Of a DNA stretch of 61,568 nt, positions 1 to 9,750 are shown piece after piece; positions within the stretch are counted from its first letter, which is position 1; every line of letters begins with the position of its first letter. The DNA is taken from contig CALLVC010000099.1 in the NCBI GenBank assembly GCA_938010785.1, forward strand, positions 1-61,568, written 5' to 3'. Below the pieces are notes generated by a model that ran no database searches, had not been told where the DNA came from, and was given only the letters and a program-made list of their open reading frames with translations. Position numbers and translations under genes: made by a program. This stretch comes from an uncultured Saprospiraceae bacterium. GTDB lineage: Bacteria > Bacteroidota > Bacteroidia > Chitinophagales > Saprospiraceae.

Positions 1-46
1 AAAGTCAAAATCGTAATATATAAACCTTTGAAAAATTGATAGTCGG

Positions 47-3000
47 ATGTTTGAAGATTGCATCTTCAAACCAATATTTCGGCAGTTTTTAGCTTTTATC
101 AGTCGATTACATATTATAAAAACGACTTTTCGTTCGCCCTATACACGCTATGAGATTTATTTACATAGAGATACTACCGAGATATACTTGAAGAGAGAAC
201 TTTTTACATATTACCTATTTGCAGTCCTTTTATTATTTAACTTTAAAACTAATGGTCAATCATTGGTTATAGATAAATTGGAGGATACCTATGTGCTCAA
301 CGCTCATTTATTAGATTTAGCGATTGATGAAACGGCTACCTTATCTTTTGATAAAATAAAAGCTAATAATAGCGCATTAAATTTTAAAAACTTAGAAGAT
401 TGGACCAATAAATTTCAGCCTCAAAAAATTTACTGGAGCAAATTCCAAATTGAAAATAACTTACCAAACCAACAACCCAACACTGAATGGGTCCTAAAAT
501 ATTCTCTTACATTTACAGACTTGGATGTTTATGTCCTAGATAATGAAGGTATTATTCAGACTTATAAAAGTGGCTTTTTTACCCCATTAGCAGCAAGAAC
601 CTTTGCACCAAATATAAAAGCTAATATTGTAAAACTTAGTCTACTTCCTAACAAGTCCTATACCGTTTATACAAGAATGGACTGTGACCGGAGCGCTATC
701 TCTCCTGAATTCACATTAAGTATCACTTCTGCTGAAAAATATTTAACCGATTTAGGTAATCACAAAGAACGAAATGCCCTCTATTTTGGCTTTGTGTTGA
801 TGATGCTTATTTATAATTTGTTCTTATACATTTTTGCAAAGGACAAAGCCTTTATTTTTTATACGGTTTATTTATTGGGCTTGTTAGTGTTTGTTATCTA
901 CAATTCCGGCAGTCTAGCAGATTGGTTTACAGGTAGATTATTTCCTTCTAAACCAGAATTGATTCATTTCTTTAAGTTGTTGTTCTATGTCGGCATGATA
1001 GGGTATTGGACATTTGTTCGAACCTTTATGAACTTATCAAAAGTGCTACCTACTTGGGATAGTATTTTTAAATGGCTAGCTCTCTTGGCTATTCCTGCTA
1101 TGCTTTTGGATGCTTATTTGATGTCGAGCACTAATTTCAGTTATAATATTTCAGATAGGGTTTCTCTTTCTTTTGCGGGTTTATTTTGTCTGTCCATTTT
1201 TGGTAGTGCCATTCCTCTTATCAAAACTAAAGATAAAAAAGCCTACTTTATTGTTTTCGGTATTATCACTATGGGAAGTGGCATTCTATTAACCATTTTT
1301 TCAAGATTACAATCTATTGATTTCTCCACTTTATCCCTTAGGATTGGGTCCATATTTGAAATTATGGCTTTTTCTTTGGGACTAGCCTATAGAAGATTAT
1401 TGGAAGAGCGAGAACGACAGCAAGCCCATTTTCAATTGGTAAAAACTAAATTAGTCCAAGAACAAGAGCAAAAAGAAGGGGAGAGATTGAAAGAATTAGA
1501 TAACCTTAAAAGTAGGTTATACACCAATATTACGCATGAATTCCGCACACCATTAACGGTTATCATGGGCATTAATGAAAGAATAACTAATAACGATAAG
1601 GCAAAAGACTTAATTCATCGGAATAGCAAAAATTTACTTCGGCTAATTAACCAAATGCTCGATTTAGCAAAAGCAGAAGAAGGAAAATTGCAGTTGGATT
1701 TAATCCAAAAAGATATTGTCAATTATGTTCGATATTTGACGGAATCTTTTTTATCGGCAGCGGAAACAAAAAATATAAAACTGACCTTTTACACTGAAAA
1801 ACCACAATTAATTATAAAGTATGATGAAGCAAAAATTCAACATATCATACAAAATCTGTTATCTAATGCTATAAAATTCACATCTGATTATGGACAAATT
1901 ATCATTCATGTTAAAACTGTGGAAATCAAGAAACAATCCTTTTTCCAAATAAAAGTAGAAGACAGTGGAATTGGCATTGCTCAAGAAGAGATTCCTCATA
2001 TTTTTGACCGATTTTATCAGTCCGATAATACTTCTACTAGAAAAGTCGAGGGAACAGGAATTGGTCTAGCATTGACAAAAGAATTAGTCAATTTAATGAA
2101 TGGAGAAATACTAGTTGAAAGTCAACTAGGAAAAGGAAGTAAATTCATTGTTTTATTGCCATATGAAAAAGAACTGTCTCCTGTAATAGTATATAATTCT
2201 ATTGATATGGAAACTGAATTAACCTATATGCCACTAACTGTTTCTAGTCCACCTAAACCCAATCCAATAACTATCGAAGCATCGAATGTAGTAGAAACAA
2301 TTAACCTCGAAATAGATGACAAACCATTATTATTAATCATCGAAGATAATGAGGACGTTCTAACCTACATCCAACTCTGCTTAGTAGAACATTATAGAAT
2401 TAAAGTAGCAAGAAATGGAATTGAAGGACTAGAAAAAGCATTTGAATTGGTTCCTGATATCATTATTAGTGATGTGATGATACCTGAAAAAGATGGTTTT
2501 GAAGTCACTCAAACTTTAAAACAAGATAAAAAAACGAGCCATATTCCTATCATATTATTAACAGCTAAAGCTACCCACCAGAATAAATTAAAAGGATTGA
2601 AGTATGGAGCGGATGCTTATTTAATGAAGCCCTTTGACAAAGAAGAATTACTCATTCGACTGGAAAAATTAGTGGAACTAAGAAACCGATTGCAACAATA
2701 TTATGCAAAGGGTAACTTTTCAGAAAAAGAAAATAAAGCTAAAATTGATAACCCTGAAAGTATTTTCTTAAAAGAAGTATATCAGATTATTAACAAGCAT
2801 CTAATAGAGAATGATTTTTCTGTTCCTCAGATTGCTCAAGCAATGAACATGAGCCAAGTTCAAGTTTATCGAAAGTTAAAAGCGTTAACGGGCAAAACAC
2901 CTACTCAATATATCCGCTCTATTCGAATGGAAAAAGCAATGACTTTATTAAAAACCACTACCCTTAATATTTCCGAAATCGCCTATGATTTAGGGTTCTC

Positions 3001-3070
3001 CGACCCTAATTATTTTTCTCGAACCTTCCAGCAGGTCTATGGAAAAACACCTAGTTCCATCCGAAAATAA
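47..3070 (+). CDS. Hybrid sensor histidine kinase / response regulator: 7TMR-DISM-type sensor, HisKA + HATPase_c, receiver domain, C-terminal AraC-type HTH
   Basis: 1007-aa ORF. Multi-TM block at about aa 240-450. H-box HEFRTPLT; N/G boxes NLLSNAIKFT, DSGIGI, GTGIGLAL. Receiver LLLIIEDNEDV...SDVMIPEKDG...LTAK. AraC HTH GFSDPNYFSRTFQQVYGKTPS. The true start is probably the in-frame TTG at 188 (gives MKRELFTYYLFAVLLLFNF), because 50-72 is a perfect hairpin and 121-141 is a repeat also found at 49681-49701. Confidence 0.9.
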   Translation: MFEDCIFKPIFRQFLAFISRLHIIKTTFRSPYTRYEIYLHRDTTEIYLKRELFTYYLFAVLLLFNFKTNGQSLVIDKLEDTYVLNAHLLDLAIDETATLSFDKIKANNSALNFKNLEDWTNKFQPQKIYWSKFQIENNLPNQQPNTEWVLKYSLTFTDLDVYVLDNEGIIQTYKSGFFTPLAARTFAPNIKANIVKLSLLPNKSYTVYTRMDCDRSAISPEFTLSITSAEKYLTDLGNHKERNALYFGFVLMMLIYNLFLYIFAKDKAFIFYTVYLLGLLVFVIYNSGSLADWFTGRLFPSKPELIHFFKLLFYVGMIGYWTFVRTFMNLSKVLPTWDSIFKWLALLAIPAMLLDAYLMSSTNFSYNISDRVSLSFAGLFCLSIFGSAIPLIKTKDKKAYFIVFGIITMGSGILLTIFSRLQSIDFSTLSLRIGSIFEIMAFSLGLAYRRLLEERERQQAHFQLVKTKLVQEQEQKEGERLKELDNLKSRLYTNITHEFRTPLTVIMGINERITNNDKAKDLIHRNSKNLLRLINQMLDLAKAEEGKLQLDLIQKDIVNYVRYLTESFLSAAETKNIKLTFYTEKPQLIIKYDEAKIQHIIQNLLSNAIKFTSDYGQIIIHVKTVEIKKQSFFQIKVEDSGIGIAQEEIPHIFDRFYQSDNTSTRKVEGTGIGLALTKELVNLMNGEILVESQLGKGSKFIVLLPYEKELSPVIVYNSIDMETELTYMPLTVSSPPKPNPITIEASNVVETINLEIDDKPLLLIIEDNEDVLTYIQLCLVEHYRIKVARNGIEGLEKAFELVPDIIISDVMIPEKDGFEVTQTLKQDKKTSHIPIILLTAKATHQNKLKGLKYGADAYLMKPFDKEELLIRLEKLVELRNRLQQYYAKGNFSEKENKAKIDNPESIFLKEVYQIINKHLIENDFSVPQIAQAMNMSQVQVYRKLKALTGKTPTQYIRSIRMEKAMTLLKTTTLNISEIAYDLGFSDPNYFSRTFQQVYGKTPSSIRK

Positions 3071-3610
3071 ACCTTTTCATTAAAACTCCTTCCGTTAGGA
3101 AAATGCAACCAAATCCTTGTTTTTCTATCATTTTACAAGTAATTGTCTAAAAAGTACAGGTTTTTGAACAAAAAATGCTAGTCTATTATTCCATTTTGTA
3201 AGAAATTGCACTTGTGTTTAATGTAATTAACTCCGCCTCAAAAAACCAAGAATTATTATTACAGGCGAGTTATTTAAGAATAATGCAATGGTTTGATGGA
3301 TAATTCTACAATTAAAGTCTAGAATGATTCCATCAAACCACCCCAAAAATAAAACTATGAGTCTACACACATTCAACTGCTTAGCCTGTCATATTCTGGC
3401 TAATTCAGAAAAGCTAAAATTTTCCAAATGGCGGAATAGTAATTCCGATAAGTCACCAAAAATAGGTGTAGGAATTATCCAACCTACTTCATTCGTCAAA
3501 AACAAATCTAAATCAACTTTGGGTTCCACCAACAATAATAACCTAGATGTGACTTAATCTATATGGAAGGTAAGTCACCCCGTATTTTTTTACCTCAAAA
3601 ATTATGACTT

Positions 3611-4108
3611 ATGAGAAAACTACTCCTACTAGCATGTCTAGGCTTTGCCTTGAATGCTACCGCACAACAGAATTGGAAAAATTATTCTAGCTATCGTTCT
3701 TCAACTATTGACCCTTATAGTTGTATGATGGAGCTGAAATATGATGATGAATTTTATTACACGATGGACTATAAACCTGATATGTCTATTAAAGAATCTC
3801 GAAAGACACGTAGAAAATTGCGCAAAGCCAGAAAAGGAAGAAAACAATTGGCCAAAGCTAATTTTAAAGTCGTGCCTGACCGTGACCAACTTACTGTTAC
3901 TGCTTACTTAGATGCAGAAACCGAATCTTCTTACCATCTAAAATTAACAACCAATAAAGGGAAGGTTATTAAATCCTTTTTACACTTGTCCCCTCAAACA
4001 GTACAAGAAATTAAATTGATGCAATTATTGCCCGGCAAATATCAACTAAGTCTCTATGCTGGTATTGAGCGGAAATTATTAAGTCGTTATGATGTAAATC
4101 GGTATTAA
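3611..4108 (+). CDS. Small secreted hypothetical protein: signal peptide, Arg/Lys-rich tract, T9SS-sorting-domain-like C-terminus
   Basis: 165-aa ORF. Signal peptide MRKLLLLACLGFALNATAQ. Basic tract SRKTRRKLRKARKGRKQLAK. The last ~80 aa (FKVVPDRDQLTVTAYL...GKYQLSLYAG) resemble the C-terminal sorting domains ending 17766..20753 and 20853..22991. Confidence 0.6.
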   Translation: MRKLLLLACLGFALNATAQQNWKNYSSYRSSTIDPYSCMMELKYDDEFYYTMDYKPDMSIKESRKTRRKLRKARKGRKQLAKANFKVVPDRDQLTVTAYLDAETESSYHLKLTTNKGKVIKSFLHLSPQTVQEIKLMQLLPGKYQLSLYAGIERKLLSRYDVNRY

Positions 4109-4116
4109 ATCAATGT

Positions 4117-4170
4117 CAGTTGCCTATTTTAGTTTAGCGTATGTCTAAAATTCTAATTAATAGGCAACTG
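4117..4170. terminator. 12-bp inverted repeat between convergent genes
   Basis: CAGTTGCCTATT (4117-4128) / AATAGGCAACTG (4159-4170) with a 30-nt loop, large for a classical terminator. Confidence 0.4.
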
Positions 4171-4180
4171 GCTATTTCTA

Positions 4181-5164
4181 TTAATCCAAAAAAGATTTCG
4201 CTTTAAATAATTCTGTCTCTTCTTTTTGATTTAACACATAACTAAATCCTGGCTGAATACTGTAACCTCCATGCATTCCTGCTTTGTTAATAGCACAGTA
4301 ACCCACCTGTATATCTTTATAATGTTGATTCTTCGCTATTCTGTTAACCGCTTCTTCACAGGCTTCTTGAGGGGTTCTTCCTTGTCTCATTAATTCTACG
4401 ACTAAAAACGAACCTAAAGTTTTCAAAACTGCTTCCCCTACACCCGTTGCTACAGCACCGCCTACTTCATTATCCACAAACATACCCGCACCAATAATTG
4501 GAGAATCGCCAACTCGTCCATGAATTTTATAAGCCATCCCACTAGTCGTACATGCGCCAGAAATATCTCCTTTTTGGTCAATAGTAATCATACCGATGGT
4601 ATCGTGATTTTCAATATTGATAACAGGTTTATATTCCGAATTGACTAGCCATGCTTCATATTCTTTTTTGGACTTTTCGGTCAACATTTCTTCTACCTTA
4701 AATCCCTGCTCTAAGGCAAATTTTAAAGCGCCCGCTCCTGCTAAAATAACATGGGGGGTTTCTTCCATCACTTTTCTAGCTACTGAAATAGGATGCTTAA
4801 TGCCCTGTAAAAAACAAACAGAACCACAATCTCCATTTTCATCCATAATACAAGCATCTAGTGTTACTTTTCCATCTCTATCAGGCCTTCCTCCATATCC
4901 TACCGATTGGTCAGTTTCATCTCCTTCTGGTATTTTTACTCCTGCCTCTACCGCGTCTAAAGCACGACCTCCATTTTTTATCACTTCCCATGCAGTTTGG
5001 TTGGCTTTTTTATTGTTCCAAGTAGCTATTACGGTAGGCTTAGTTATATCATTTGAGACTTGTTGTGTTTTTTCTTCGGAGGCACAAGCGGTGCTACCTA
5101 ATCCTATTGCTGCTAACAGCGAGCTTAAGGCGGAACGATGGATAAATTTTCTTCGATTTAACAT
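4181..5164 (-). CDS. Glycosylasparaginase / isoaspartyl peptidase family Ntn hydrolase (asparaginase 2 family)
   Basis: 327-aa ORF. Tat-like signal RRKFIHRSALSSLLAAIGLGSTAC. Autoprocessing motif ENHDTIGMITID. GACTTSG and GDSPIIGAGMFVDN motifs typical of this family. Confidence 0.85.
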   Translation of the reverse strand: MLNRRKFIHRSALSSLLAAIGLGSTACASEEKTQQVSNDITKPTVIATWNNKKANQTAWEVIKNGGRALDAVEAGVKIPEGDETDQSVGYGGRPDRDGKVTLDACIMDENGDCGSVCFLQGIKHPISVARKVMEETPHVILAGAGALKFALEQGFKVEEMLTEKSKKEYEAWLVNSEYKPVINIENHDTIGMITIDQKGDISGACTTSGMAYKIHGRVGDSPIIGAGMFVDNEVGGAVATGVGEAVLKTLGSFLVVELMRQGRTPQEACEEAVNRIAKNQHYKDIQVGYCAINKAGMHGGYSIQPGFSYVLNQKEETELFKAKSFLD

Positions 5165-5410
5165 TGTACTGGTTATTTTAATTAAGAATTTTTCATAAAA
5201 CTCTGACTTTGTAAGTCGTTTCTTATTTTGATTTCCCTACAATATCTATATATATTCTATGTTTTCGTCATTTGTACGCCACAATTCATCGAATATATCT
5301 TAATAAATTAAAAATAATACGCATTTTCGCAATCTGTTTGTAGATAGATTAATCTAATCACAACTTACTTTTAGCCCCACTTCCTAAATTCTCAACTCAC
5401 TAAATACAAA

Positions 5411-6742
5411 ATGTTCATGAAATTAAAAGGATTTACTAGTCTATTTTTATTATTTGGGATATTCACGCTTAATGCCCAAATGAATAAAATTGATTTTGTA
5501 GAATATGATTTGGACAATGGCTTACATGTCATCTTGCACCAAGATAATTCTACACCGATTGTTGCTGTCTCTATCATGTACCACGTTGGTTCAAAAAATG
5601 AAAACCCTGATAGAACAGGCTTTGCTCACTTCTTTGAGCATTTATTATTTGAAGGTTCGGAAAATATTCCTAGAGGCCAATTTGATAAGTATATTAATGG
5701 AGCAGGTGGCTCTAATAATGCTTATACCTCTCAAGACAAAACCTTCTACTATGAATTATTGCCATCCAATCAATTGGAACTAGGTCTTTGGCTAGAATCA
5801 GAAAGATTACTACACGCTAAGGTAGACCAAAAAGGAGTGGAGACACAAAGAGAAGTCGTCAAAGAAGAACGTCGTCAGCGTTACGAAAATCAGCCTTATG
5901 GTACGATTCTCCCCGAATCTATGTCAAGAGCATTTACTAAACATCCTTATCGGTGGGTGCCAATTGGCTCCATGGAGCACTTGAATGCCGCACAAGAAAT
6001 TGATTACATCAATTTTTACAAAGATTTTTATGTACCCAATAATGCTGTTTTATCTATCGCAGGAGATTTGGATATCGAAGCAACGAAGAAAATGGTGGAT
6101 AAATACTTTAGTGGTATTCCAAAAGGGACCAAAGAGATTTATAGGCCAGATGTGGTCGAAGGACCAATTATGGGAGAGGTAAAAGATACTGTATTTGATA
6201 ATATTCAGTTACCTGCGGTGGTGCAAACTTATAGATTACCTGCTCAAGGAACGCCTGATTTTTATGCAGTGAGTATGTTGGCTCAATTATTATCTCAAGG
6301 ACAAAGTTCTCGATTATACCGAGCTTTAGTTGACGAGCAGCAAAAAGCAGTTTTCGCTGGTAGTTTCCCTCTTCCTGCTGAAGACCCCGGAGTTAATATT
6401 GTTTATTCCGTAGCAAACATGGGCGTAGATGCAGCCGCTTTAAGTGACGCTATTGATGCAGAAATAGCAAGAGTGCAAAATGAATTAATCTCAGATAAAG
6501 AATTTCAGAAGTTGGTTAATCAAGTAGAAAATGATTTTATAACAGGTAATGCCACTGTATATGGAATTGCAGAAAGCTTAGCTAATTATTACACCTTTTA
6601 TGGGGACACCAATTTAATTAATACAGAAATTGACCGTTACTTAGCCGTGACAAAAGCTGATATTCAACGAGTAGCAAAGGAATACTTTAAAAAAGATAGC
6701 CGAGTCAATTTATTTTACTTGCCTAAGCAGGCTCAACCTTAA
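5411..6742 (+). CDS. M16 (pitrilysin) family zinc peptidase, catalytic subunit
   Basis: 443-aa ORF with a signal peptide. Inverted zinc motif HFFEHLLFEG (HxxEH) with a downstream conserved Glu region (REVVKEERRQR). Confidence 0.9.
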   Translation: MFMKLKGFTSLFLLFGIFTLNAQMNKIDFVEYDLDNGLHVILHQDNSTPIVAVSIMYHVGSKNENPDRTGFAHFFEHLLFEGSENIPRGQFDKYINGAGGSNNAYTSQDKTFYYELLPSNQLELGLWLESERLLHAKVDQKGVETQREVVKEERRQRYENQPYGTILPESMSRAFTKHPYRWVPIGSMEHLNAAQEIDYINFYKDFYVPNNAVLSIAGDLDIEATKKMVDKYFSGIPKGTKEIYRPDVVEGPIMGEVKDTVFDNIQLPAVVQTYRLPAQGTPDFYAVSMLAQLLSQGQSSRLYRALVDEQQKAVFAGSFPLPAEDPGVNIVYSVANMGVDAAALSDAIDAEIARVQNELISDKEFQKLVNQVENDFITGNATVYGIAESLANYYTFYGDTNLINTEIDRYLAVTKADIQRVAKEYFKKDSRVNLFYLPKQAQP

Positions 6743-6891
6743 AAACGATGAAGGATAAATGATGAATGATGCCTGTCTACCGACAGGTAGAAATTCGTCA
6801 AGATGAACGTTTATTTTTCTTTAGGAAATTCAAAATCTAAAATTTCAAATAAAGGAGAGGTTTCTTTCCTTTGTTATTTAACTATATTACG

Positions 6892-9057
6892 ATGAAAAAG
6901 ATATTATTTTTATTATTAACAGGTGGACTTTTTTTCGTTCAGTGTACGCCTAAGCTAGCTGATGCTACTTCCATAGGAAAGGATAAAATGGAAGGGGCAA
7001 AAGATAAAGCTGAAGAAATGGTTGCTTCTGTAAATGATTTCAGAAAAACAGCTCCTCAACCTGGGCCTGCTCCAAAAATTGAAGTCGGGTCAGCGGATAA
7101 TTTCAATCTGGCAAATGGCTTAAAAGTATTTGTGGTGGAGAACCATAAATTGCCGAGGGTTTCTTTCCAAGTATTTGTCGATGTTCCTCCATTTATGGAA
7201 AATGAATATGCTGGTACTGCGAGTATCGCTGGACAATTATTAAGTGCTGGTACGATTACAAAAAGTAAAGCAGAAATTGATGAGGCTATTGATTTTATGG
7301 GGGCTTCTTTAAATAGTAATAGCTCTGGCTTATTTGGGGCTTCTTTAAAAAAGCATACAGAAGGCTTAATGGAAATTGCAGCAGATATTTTATTAAAACC
7401 TTCTTTCCCTCAAGCAGAATTTGATAAAATCAAAAAACAAACGCTATCTGGGTTAGCACAAGCTAAAGAAAACCCTAATGCGATTGCTAGTAGCGTATCG
7501 AGTGTATTGAAGTATGGCAAAGACCACCCTTACGGTGAAATCGAGACAGAAGAAACAGTCTCAAAAATTACTTTAGCTCAAACTAAAGCTTATTACAACA
7601 AGTATATCAAACCAAATAATGGGTATTTAATCATTGTTGGTGATATTACTGCCGCAGAAGCTAAGCCTTTAGCAGAAAAATATTTTGGCAATTGGATGAG
7701 TAAGCCTGTTGAAAAGAAAACGTATGCTACTCCTCAAAAACCTGCTGCTAGGCAAGTCGATTTTGTGAGTAAAAGTGGTGCTGTTCAATCAGTGATTAAT
7801 ATTACTTACCCAGTTGAATTAAAACCAGATTCGGACGATTGGATTAAGGCTAGAGTAATGAACGTCTTATTAGGTGGTTTCTTTGGAAGCCGAATCAATC
7901 AAAATATTCGAGAAGATAAAGGCTATACTTATGGCGCTCGTTCTTCGCTTTCTTATGATAAAGAAATTGGTTCTTTTACCGCATCTGCTCCCGTTAGAAA
8001 TGAAGTGACGGCGGCTTCTATCACAGAATTCTTAAAAGAATTAAATAGAATTAGAGATGAGAAGGTAACAGAAAAAGAATTGAACTTAGTGAAGAATTAT
8101 TTGACGGGTAGTTTTGCGCGTTCTTTAGAAAGCCCACAAACTGTAGCTCGATTCGCTTTAAATACTGCTAGATATAATTTGCCAGCAGAATACTACGCTA
8201 CGTACTTAGAAAGATTAAATGCGGTAACGGCGGACGACATTCAAGCAATGGCTCAAAAATATATCACGCCAGAAAATGCACACATTCTAGTAGTTGGTAA
8301 TAAAGGAGAAGTAGCAGAAAGCTTAGCTCAATTTGCTGCCGATGGAAAAGTAAATTATTACGATGCTTATGGTACGCCTTTAAAAATGGAAGAAAATGCA
8401 GCTGCGGCAAATATGACGGTCCAACAAGTATTGGATAAATATATTGCTGCGATTGGTGGTAAAGAAAAGCTAATGGCCGTCAAAGATTTGACGATGGTTA
8501 TGGCTGCTGATGTAATGGGGCAATCAATGGAAATGAAAATTGCTCAAAAAGCACCAGATAAAACGTACCAGTCCATGAGTATGGGTGGCATGACGCAGCA
8601 AGAGTCTATTTTAAATGGCGACAAAGGAAAAATTGCTATGGGTGGTCAATCTCAAGCAATGCCAGCAGAACAAGTTGCAGATGCTAAAGAACAAGCGGTG
8701 CTTTTTACAGAAATGCAATTTGATGAATTAGGTTATAAATCTAAGTTAGTTGGTACAGAAAATATTGGTTCAACAAATGCTTTTGTAGTAGAAGTAGAAT
8801 CTCCATCAGGCAAAAAACAAACATTGTTCTTCGATACAAAAACGTATTTAAAAATCAAAGAATCTAGTAATGTACCTGGACCTAATGGACAAATAATGAC
8901 CGTTTCTACAGACTTAGGTGATTATCAAGAAGTGGATGGTATTTTATTTCCTTTTAGTCGAAAGTTGGTTGGTGCTGCACCGATTCCTTTAGACTTAAAA
9001 ATCACAGAACTTAAAGTAAACTCTGGATTAAGTGATGATATGTTTAAGGTAGAGTAA
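6892..9057 (+). CDS. M16 family peptidase-like protein lacking the HxxEH motif (non-catalytic partner) with a ~230-aa C-terminal extension
   Basis: The ORF track starts at TTG 6871; ATG 6892 gives the lipoprotein-like signal MKKILFLLLTGGLFFVQC. M16-like fold motifs are present but no HxxEH. It directly follows the catalytic M16 gene, the typical paired arrangement. Confidence 0.8.
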   Translation: MKKILFLLLTGGLFFVQCTPKLADATSIGKDKMEGAKDKAEEMVASVNDFRKTAPQPGPAPKIEVGSADNFNLANGLKVFVVENHKLPRVSFQVFVDVPPFMENEYAGTASIAGQLLSAGTITKSKAEIDEAIDFMGASLNSNSSGLFGASLKKHTEGLMEIAADILLKPSFPQAEFDKIKKQTLSGLAQAKENPNAIASSVSSVLKYGKDHPYGEIETEETVSKITLAQTKAYYNKYIKPNNGYLIIVGDITAAEAKPLAEKYFGNWMSKPVEKKTYATPQKPAARQVDFVSKSGAVQSVINITYPVELKPDSDDWIKARVMNVLLGGFFGSRINQNIREDKGYTYGARSSLSYDKEIGSFTASAPVRNEVTAASITEFLKELNRIRDEKVTEKELNLVKNYLTGSFARSLESPQTVARFALNTARYNLPAEYYATYLERLNAVTADDIQAMAQKYITPENAHILVVGNKGEVAESLAQFAADGKVNYYDAYGTPLKMEENAAAANMTVQQVLDKYIAAIGGKEKLMAVKDLTMVMAADVMGQSMEMKIAQKAPDKTYQSMSMGGMTQQESILNGDKGKIAMGGQSQAMPAEQVADAKEQAVLFTEMQFDELGYKSKLVGTENIGSTNAFVVEVESPSGKKQTLFFDTKTYLKIKESSNVPGPNGQIMTVSTDLGDYQEVDGILFPFSRKLVGAAPIPLDLKITELKVNSGLSDDMFKVE

Positions 9058-9088
9058 ATTTGGTTTCGGGTTTCAGGTTTCAGGTTTT

Positions 9089-9125
9089 GGGTATCAGGTT
9101 GGATTTTTCGTCCAGTCTGATACCC
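9089..9125. terminator. Hairpin between the convergent M16-like and GNAT genes
   Basis: GGGTATCAG (9089-9097) / CTGATACCC (9117-9125), embedded in reiterated TTTCAGG / CTGATACC words. Confidence 0.55.
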
Positions 9126-9143
9126 TAATACCTGATACCTCTA

Positions 9144-9632
9144 TCAAAGTTTTCGATAAAAAATATAAGCGTCTACATACCCCTCCTCTACGTGATAAAA
9201 CCCTTCTGGCACTGTCCCTATAATTTCAAAGCCGTTATCTAACCAAGTTTTAATTGCTCCTTTATTTGTGCTGACTACAAGATTAAATTGCATACCTCGA
9301 TAGCCTGCTTCTTTTGCCATTTCTATAGAATGAGCACATAAAAAATGCCCAATTCCCTGACCTCTATTTTCCGTTTTTACCATATAGGCGGCATTGGCAA
9401 TATGCCCTCCATAACCAGGTTGGTTTGCCTTAAAAATATAAGCTCCAACCACCTTATCTTCTACTTCCGCGACGTAAGTATGATTCGTTAAATTGACCCA
9501 GCTTTTTTCAATATCGGCTCTGCTAAAACTATCATCATAGGGATAATAAATCTTTTGTTTCATGATGGTTTTCCACATCTGCCAAATGACTTCTAAATCT
9601 TTGGGGGCGGCTGGACGAATTTTAATATTCAT
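9144..9632 (-). CDS. GNAT family N-acetyltransferase
   Basis: 162-aa ORF. Acetyl-CoA binding motif RGQGIGHFL followed by the GYRGMQFNLV..N..A region typical of GNAT motifs A/B. Confidence 0.85.
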   Translation of the reverse strand: MNIKIRPAAPKDLEVIWQMWKTIMKQKIYYPYDDSFSRADIEKSWVNLTNHTYVAEVEDKVVGAYIFKANQPGYGGHIANAAYMVKTENRGQGIGHFLCAHSIEMAKEAGYRGMQFNLVVSTNKGAIKTWLDNGFEIIGTVPEGFYHVEEGYVDAYIFYRKL

Positions 9633-9724
9633 GCTTATTTATTTATAAAAGAGTATCATCTATCAAAACAAATGTAAGGCCCAATCTTCAAAGTCGCCCT
9701 TTTATCAATTGTCTTTGAGCTTGC

Positions 9725-9750
9725 AAAAAATTGAATTGGTTCAATTTTTT
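9725..9750. promoter_or_regulatory. Perfect 11-bp palindrome AAAAAATTGAA-TTGG-TTCAATTTTTT in the GNAT / ECF-sigma divergent promoter region
   Basis: Arms at 9725-9735 / 9740-9750. The 14-nt word AAAAAATTGAATTG recurs at 9775-9788. TTTTTTCATA is tandemly duplicated at 9745-9764. Confidence 0.4.

Noticed and set aside
3324-3557. 77-aa ORF as a protein-coding gene
   Set aside because: The composition is Asn/Ser/Lys-rich and low-complexity. There is no signal or TM segment, no motif and no convincing start context. The surrounding hairpins fit a non-coding role better (see the finding at 3290-3578).
4617-5198. 193-aa ORF antisense to the glycosylasparaginase-like gene
   Set aside because: It lies entirely within, and opposite to, a gene with strong family motifs. 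The sequence is Ser/Pro-rich and low-complexity with no motifs, so it is a typical shadow ORF.
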